Below, piece by piece: positions 46,392-51,082 of a stretch of DNA of 51,082 nt (the stretch's first letter is position 1; each line of letters starts with the position of its first letter). Source of the DNA: a virus (Duplodnaviria > Caudoviricetes); IMG/VR virus record IMGVR_UViG_3300006182_000063, positions 1 through 51,082 of that record; one strand, given 5' to 3'. The notes below the pieces were generated by a model, which had not been told where the DNA came from, searched no databases, and worked only from the letters and a program-made list of their open reading frames with translations. The translations under genes and the position numbers were made by a program.

Positions 46392-47333
46392 ATGCCCATA
46401 ACTTATGGAAGCGTGTGCAGCGGCATCGAAGCCGCGACCCAGGCCTGGCACCCGCTGGGCATGCGCGCCGCCTGGTTCGCCGAGATTGAGCCGTTCCCCT
46501 CGGCGGTCTTGGCCCACCACTACCCCGAGGTGCCGAACCACGGCGACATGACCAAGCTGGCCGCCCTGGTGCTGGCCGGTAAGATCCCGGCGCCGGACGT
46601 GCTGGTCGGCGGAACTCCATGCCAGGCCTTCTCGGTCGCCGGTATGCGGGAAGGACTCACCGACCCGCGCGGTGCCCTCACCATCAAATACGTGGAGCTT
46701 GCAGATGCAGTTGACTATGTTCGCGCCGCCCAGCGAAAGCCCGCCAGCGTCATCGTCTGGGAAAACGTCCCCGGCGTCCTCAGCGACAAAGGGAACGCCT
46801 TCGGGTGCTTTCTTGGCGCGCTTGCTGGGGAAGACTGCGAGCTGCAGCCTCCAGGGAAGAAATGGCAGGACGCTGGTTGTGTGTATGGACCCAAAAGAAC
46901 AATCGCGTGGCGGGTTCTGGACGCCCAATATTTCGGCCTGGCCCAACGACGCCGTCGTGTGTTCGTTGTCGCAAGTGCTCGAGACGGGTTCGATCCCACC
47001 GAGGTACTTTTTGAGCGAGAAGGCACTCGCCGGGATAGCACGCCGGGATGGCCGGCGAAGCTTGCACTTCACCCTACTCTCACGGCACAAGGGGGAGGCT
47101 CTCTCGATGATAGAGAGGCATATGTGCTGGAGCCCGAAGGCGTCCGCCGGACCAGCGTGATCGAATGGGAGCGCTGCCAAGGCTTCCCCGATAACTACAC
47201 GCAAATCCCTTGGCGCGGTAAGCCTGTAAGTGAATGTCCTGACGGGGCCCGCTACAAGGCAATCGGCAACAGCAAGGCCATCGCGGTGGTTCACTGGATC
47301 GGCAGACGTCTACTGCTCCAATTAGTGAACTGA
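46392..47333 (+). CDS. C5 DNA cytosine methyltransferase
   Basis: SVCSGIE, GGTPCQ.FS, ENV, QRRRRVF, QGFPD, YKAIGNS. Confidence 0.93.
   Translation: MPITYGSVCSGIEAATQAWHPLGMRAAWFAEIEPFPSAVLAHHYPEVPNHGDMTKLAALVLAGKIPAPDVLVGGTPCQAFSVAGMREGLTDPRGALTIKYVELADAVDYVRAAQRKPASVIVWENVPGVLSDKGNAFGCFLGALAGEDCELQPPGKKWQDAGCVYGPKRTIAWRVLDAQYFGLAQRRRRVFVVASARDGFDPTEVLFEREGTRRDSTPGWPAKLALHPTLTAQGGGSLDDREAYVLEPEGVRRTSVIEWERCQGFPDNYTQIPWRGKPVSECPDGARYKAIGNSKAIAVVHWIGRRLLLQLVN
46672..47160 (+). CDS. Putative overlapping +1-frame partner polypeptide of the methyltransferase
   Basis: 162-codon frame nested in the MTase, containing SLSQVLE..IP.RYFLS.KA..GI.RR. Confidence 0.5.
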   Translation: MPSPSNTWSLQMQLTMFAPPSESPPASSSGKTSPASSATKGTPSGAFLARLLGKTASCSLQGRNGRTLVVCMDPKEQSRGGFWTPNISAWPNDAVVCSLSQVLETGSIPPRYFLSEKALAGIARRDGRRSLHFTLLSRHKGEALSMIERHMCWSPKASAGPA

Positions 47334-47450
47334 TCAGCTTGAACCCGGCGGAATGCCATCCTTGTTGAAGTCCTTTAAGCGCTCGCGCTCTTCCTCGGTG
47401 GAGTGCGCCGGGGTCTCTTGCTCAGGCTCTTTCTTCTTTTCTTCAGTCAT
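47334..47450 (-). CDS. Small charged protein (38 aa)
   Basis: GGAGG RBS; MTEEKKKEPEQETPAHSTEEERERLKDFNKDGIPPGSS. Confidence 0.6.
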   Translation of the reverse strand: MTEEKKKEPEQETPAHSTEEERERLKDFNKDGIPPGSS

Positions 47451-47587
47451 CGCTATGTCCTCCAGGTTGTAGCTGTTTCGGCACCTAGTGGAATCAGCAG
47501 TTCAAATCAATCCACTCCACCGCCCGAACACAGCCCAGCGAGACAAGCAATGTCTAAGGAAGCACACCATTGCCTACCGGATACCGC

Positions 47588-47824
47588 TTAGGCGTACACA
47601 AGCCTGGTGACAATATCCGAGTCGATTAATGGAGTGGTGCCAACCTCTTGCTGATCAGCTATCCACCGCCGTGACAGGTATATATCGAACTTCCAGGGAT
47701 GCAGCTTAAGCAGCTCAATTGCAGATCCGGTAATTCGGTACCGCCCGCACGCTGGGCACGAATACTCCTCAGTGTCCGACAGCACTATCGGCACAACGTT
47801 ATATCCGCATATGTAGCAGCCCAT
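47588..47824 (-). CDS. Antisense moron: small Zn-ribbon protein
   Basis: GGAGG RBS; CYIC...CPACGRY.I. Confidence 0.7.
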   Translation of the reverse strand: MGCYICGYNVVPIVLSDTEEYSCPACGRYRITGSAIELLKLHPWKFDIYLSRRWIADQQEVGTTPLIDSDIVTRLVYA

Positions 47825-47926
47825 GATTACCCTCCCCGGTAATCGCTGAACTTTAACCGCTCTTTGTCTGCCATCCAACACCCGGGCATGGCCCGGCAAG
47901 GACTCTCCGTACCTAACAAAGTAGTG

Positions 47927-48319
47927 CTATCTAGTTTTCTCAGAAGATCGTCCAATCTCTTCTCGAGCAGGCATGGTCCAGTCGGAGGGCCGCCTGTCGT
48001 GGACAGACTCCTTCTTCGGAAAACCATCGATTCCAAAGCCGATCAGATAGATTGCAAACGCAACACCGGCCAAAACGGCCCTCCACGTAGGCGACGCGTC
48101 TTTGGAGAGCCCTCCAGGCCCGATCGCAACCCAGCCACCACGAAGATAAGCGAACACAGCTTGACCAAACCAGGCTTGCAGCATCAGCACGGTCCAGAAA
48201 TTTCTCCAGTCCCCCACGAATCTTGAAGTCGCGCTCACCAGCGAGGCGGCAACCATCAACAGTAGTATCAAGTACCGGTAGCGTTTCAATAATCCCAGAA
48301 CGCCATTTTCGATTTCCAT
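47927..48319 (-). CDS. Antisense moron: multi-pass membrane protein
   Basis: About three hydrophobic segments; AAGGG RBS. Confidence 0.7.
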   Translation of the reverse strand: MEIENGVLGLLKRYRYLILLLMVAASLVSATSRFVGDWRNFWTVLMLQAWFGQAVFAYLRGGWVAIGPGGLSKDASPTWRAVLAGVAFAIYLIGFGIDGFPKKESVHDRRPSDWTMPAREEIGRSSEKTR

Positions 48320-48478
48320 TCAGTTAATTCCCTTACCTATCAGGAGGAGCCAGCGGCATGACGGTTGTGAATGCCCATGATCTGGTAACGAGGGAGAATG
48401 CCGCAGTACCAACATTTTTCAAGCTGATGTAAAAAGTACAGCTGCCATTTCAAACATTCACTGGATTCCGACCAACAC

Positions 48479-48679
48479 ATGCAGATCATTCGTACTGGAA
48501 CAGTATTGACTGGCGAATACGCCGGTTGGACGATAGAAATTCAGGATGACCGCGCAGGTGAAACCGGAGGTTATTACCTGTTCCTGGTCCAGAACGAATC
48601 AAATGGTTTCGATTCTTGGTTTGAACTCATAGAGCAGCTGCAGCAGCAAATTTCAGAACTCGACGTTCGCTGGAATTAG
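48479..48679 (+). CDS. Moron: small acidic hypothetical protein
   Basis: 66 aa; TGGYYL...GFD.W. Confidence 0.6.
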   Translation: MQIIRTGTVLTGEYAGWTIEIQDDRAGETGGYYLFLVQNESNGFDSWFELIEQLQQQISELDVRWN

Positions 48680-48752
48680 CGCCTCGCTCTTTCGTTCCAC
48701 CCCTCCCCATCCCCCCTTCAAAGTCAGCCGCTATAGCGGCAAGGACGAAGTC

Positions 48753-49142
48753 ATGCCCGAAGAAAACAAACACGACTTGGCTGCAGCTGACCGCAAGCTA
48801 CTCATCCAGGCCGCGCACTCCGCGCGAATCGATATAGAACGGTGCACCTGCAGCGATCCAAAGTGGCCTTTCCGGCTGGCTGGCAAGTCCGGCGTCCGTG
48901 GCCACTGGAACCCCCTCATCAACGACGGGGATGCGCTACGCCTGGCTGTGGTGATGGGGCGCATGGAGCGCCTGGGCGTGGCCATTCACATAGTCGAGCC
49001 GTTCGACGGCGACACCGGCCCATACACCTACGTGGATGCTGAGCGCTTCGGCGAGCAGACCATGTATCACCAAGATGATCCTTTCGGGGCGACTCGCCGC
49101 GCAATAGTTGAGGCAGCTGCTGAAATTGGGAGGAGGTCGTGA
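48753..49142 (+). CDS. Hypothetical phage protein
   Basis: AAGGA RBS; WNPL..DGDALRLAV and ATRRAIV.AAAEIG. Confidence 0.8.
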   Translation: MPEENKHDLAAADRKLLIQAAHSARIDIERCTCSDPKWPFRLAGKSGVRGHWNPLINDGDALRLAVVMGRMERLGVAIHIVEPFDGDTGPYTYVDAERFGEQTMYHQDDPFGATRRAIVEAAAEIGRRS

Positions 49143-49191
49143 CCGCCACCCTCTGGTTCGCCTATGTGTTCATCTACAAGGGGCCAAGGCC

Positions 49192-49503
49192 ATGAGGAAG
49201 GTAAGCCGTTTCGTAGATGATCCCAAAGCACAGTACGGCTTCCGCTCAGTGCCGGCGACCTATGAGGACGCTGAGAAAATAACCGGATTTCGCCTGGACC
49301 GTCGCATCAACTACGTGATCACACAGGAAGGAGAAGTTGAGCAGGAAAGCTGGTGCACCTTGGATTGCTCCGGATGCAGCTGCGGGTGCGAGGGTGGCTG
49401 CAGCTGTGGCCCATCCACGGGATGTAGCGAATGCGGCTACACCGGCAAAAGCCGCCATTACTTCAGCTTCCCGCCCTCACCGCCAGAACGCAAGAAGCCC
49501 TAA
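49192..49503 (+). CDS. Cys-rich hypothetical protein
   Basis: CSGCSCGCEGGCSC..GCSECGYTGK; preceded by an 18-codon coupled ORF at 49139-49195. Confidence 0.7.
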   Translation: MRKVSRFVDDPKAQYGFRSVPATYEDAEKITGFRLDRRINYVITQEGEVEQESWCTLDCSGCSCGCEGGCSCGPSTGCSECGYTGKSRHYFSFPPSPPERKKP

Positions 49504-49535
49504 CCCCAATCCCCCTACATGCCTGCCGGTGAGCA

Positions 49536-49679
49536 TCAAGGCTGTTTCTTGCCCTTCGCCAAGCCACAAACCATCAAAACCAAACCGGGAATCCAAAGGG
49601 CTGGCGCAGTGATCGCGATGCCGCAGATTGCCAACGGGATCCCAGTCAAAAACAAAGGGTTTCTAAACGCCTTATCCAT
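49536..49679 (-). CDS. Small membrane protein (47 aa)
   Basis: MDKAFRNPLFLTGIPLAICG...; hydrophobic. Confidence 0.55.
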   Translation of the reverse strand: MDKAFRNPLFLTGIPLAICGIAITAPALWIPGLVLMVCGLAKGKKQP

Positions 49680-49776
49680 TTCGCGCCACCTGTAAGATTT
49701 TTTCTCATTAAAGCACAAGTGCCTGCCGCAAAGCGGTGGGCCACTTTCTGCCGCCCAGCGCGGCAAGGACACCACT

Positions 49777-50013
49777 ATGGAAATTCAAAGCGAAACCCTT
49801 GCCGAGGAAGAGATCGCGGCAATCACCGGTTACATGATCCCGTCAGGCCAGATCGCCTGGCTCAATCGAAACGGCTGGAAGTATGTGCTGACCCGCGCGC
49901 GCCGACCTGTAGTAGGCCGCGTCTACGCCCGCATGAAACTGGCAGGCGTAAAACCATCAGCAGAGAATGTCGCGGCCGAAGCCTGGTCACTGGATCTGTC
50001 AAAAGTAGGATAA
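49777..50013 (+). CDS. xis: Excisionase-like protein (DUF4224-like)
   Basis: L..EEI..ITG.....Q..WL..NG; directly upstream of int. Confidence 0.8.
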   Translation: MEIQSETLAEEEIAAITGYMIPSGQIAWLNRNGWKYVLTRARRPVVGRVYARMKLAGVKPSAENVAAEAWSLDLSKVG

Positions 50014-50017
50014 ATCG

Positions 50018-51082
50018 ATGCGAGCAAAAAAGGCGGCGAACAGGGACCTGCCGCCGCGAATGATTCGGCGCGTGCGCACGCTGAAAGGCGGTAAAGAGTG
50101 GGTTGGGTACTACTACGACGGGAGGAATGAAGACGGGAAGCGGGTAGAGATCCCGCTCGGAGGTGACTTGGACATCGCCAAGGCTGAATGGGCAAAGCTT
50201 GATTGCAAGCCGGTACCGAAGAAGAACGCTCTGCTGGGCCAAGTGTTTGACCGGTACGAACGGGAGATCATCCCGGGCAAGGCGCCCAAAACGCAAAGCG
50301 ATAACCGGCTGAGCCTGAAACAGCTGCGCAATGTGTTCAGTGACGCGCCTATCGATGCGGTTACGCCGCAGATTATTGCGCAGTACCGCGACAGTCGCAC
50401 CGCCAAGGTTCGAGCCAACCGAGAGATCTCCCTGTTGTCACACATCTACAACATCGCACGCGAGTGGGGACTGACAGAGGCCAACCCCGCCGCCGGTGTG
50501 CGCAAGAACAAAGAGGCGCCGCGCGACTTCTACGCCAGCGAGGAAATCTGGAGCGCCGTATACGCGGTGGCAGCCTCAGAGCTGCGCGATGCAATGGATC
50601 TGGCATACCTGACTGCCCAGCGCCCGGCTGACACGCTGTCAATGCGGGAGGCCGACGCGGTTAACGAGTTCCTGCAGGTATCCCAAGGCAAGACGTCCAA
50701 GAAGCTGCGGATCCGCCTGACGGCCGCCGGTGCGCTGAATGATTTGGGCATGCTGGTTGAGCGCCTGATTGCGCAGAGACGCGCGCGAGGGGTTCGAAAC
50801 CCTTATCTGATCGTCACGGAGGACGGGAGGCAAGTGACCAAGCACATGCTGCGACTGCGTTTTGACGATGCGCGCGACAAGGCAATCGTCATCGCCAGGG
50901 GCGCAGGTGATGGGGTGTTGGCCGCGAGTATTCGGCAATTCCAGTTCCGTGACATCCGCCCAAAAGCGGCCAGCGAAATCCTGGACCTGGGTGATGCCAG
51001 CCGACTGCTGGGGCACACCGACAAACGCATAACCGAGACGGTTTACAGGCGTGTCGGGGAGATCGTGAAACCGACCCGCTGA
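50018..51082 (+). CDS. int: Tyrosine integrase
   Basis: LPPRM arm-binding N-terminus, ANRE, T.QR..D, F.F.D.R.K, LLGH...T..VY. Confidence 0.95.
   Translation: MRAKKAANRDLPPRMIRRVRTLKGGKEWVGYYYDGRNEDGKRVEIPLGGDLDIAKAEWAKLDCKPVPKKNALLGQVFDRYEREIIPGKAPKTQSDNRLSLKQLRNVFSDAPIDAVTPQIIAQYRDSRTAKVRANREISLLSHIYNIAREWGLTEANPAAGVRKNKEAPRDFYASEEIWSAVYAVAASELRDAMDLAYLTAQRPADTLSMREADAVNEFLQVSQGKTSKKLRIRLTAAGALNDLGMLVERLIAQRRARGVRNPYLIVTEDGRQVTKHMLRLRFDDARDKAIVIARGAGDGVLAASIRQFQFRDIRPKAASEILDLGDASRLLGHTDKRITETVYRRVGEIVKPTR

Larger units (their letters stand above)
1..51082. mobile_element. Lambdoid temperate siphovirus prophage (Pseudomonas-type), apparently near-complete
   Basis: Ordered int-xis-early-cI/cro-replication-Q-lysis-head-tail modules; lambda-type M/L/K/I/J tail tip; att sites not visible. 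Confidence 0.95.

Noticed and set aside
48424-48441. Possible second LexA box (CTGATGTAAAAAGTACAG)
   Set aside because: Spacing is wrong for CTG-N10-CAG.
1-51082. attL/attR, tRNA, rRNA, CRISPR array, retron or reverse transcriptase
   Set aside because: None recognised by eye; the window is trimmed at gene boundaries, so att sites probably lie outside it.

Overview
The window is a near-complete lambdoid temperate siphovirus prophage. Gene content and protein families point to a Pseudomonas host. It ends at the integrase stop codon, and no att sites are visible. Left end (1-1717): SOS-linked accessory genes, with a LexA box and a SRAP protein. Minus strand (1782-36002), read right to left: cro, antirepressor, O/P-like replication, ninG, Q-like regulator, late promoter, holin plus spanin pair 1, terminase, portal, head, neck, lambda-type tail (G/GT frameshift, TMP, M, L, K, I, J), tail fibre, and putative endolysin plus spanin pair 2. 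Plus strand (36111-51082): cI, a two-gene cassette in the rexAB position, PL with a structured leader, a GHKL-like ATPase, Sak4-like recombinase, C5 methyltransferase, xis and int. Morons are scattered throughout, including HicAB. The most notable unexplained signals are: (1) three dispersed copies of a 36-37 bp palindrome CGCGCCACG-N18/19-CGTGGCGCG, two of them inside genes; (2) an alternate-frame ORF nested in the methyltransferase; (3) an apparently circularly permuted GHKL ATPase with a zincin-like tail; (4) candidate defence or exclusion morons; (5) duplicated intergenic motifs bracketing antisense morons. All product calls come from motif recognition and synteny, not database searches.
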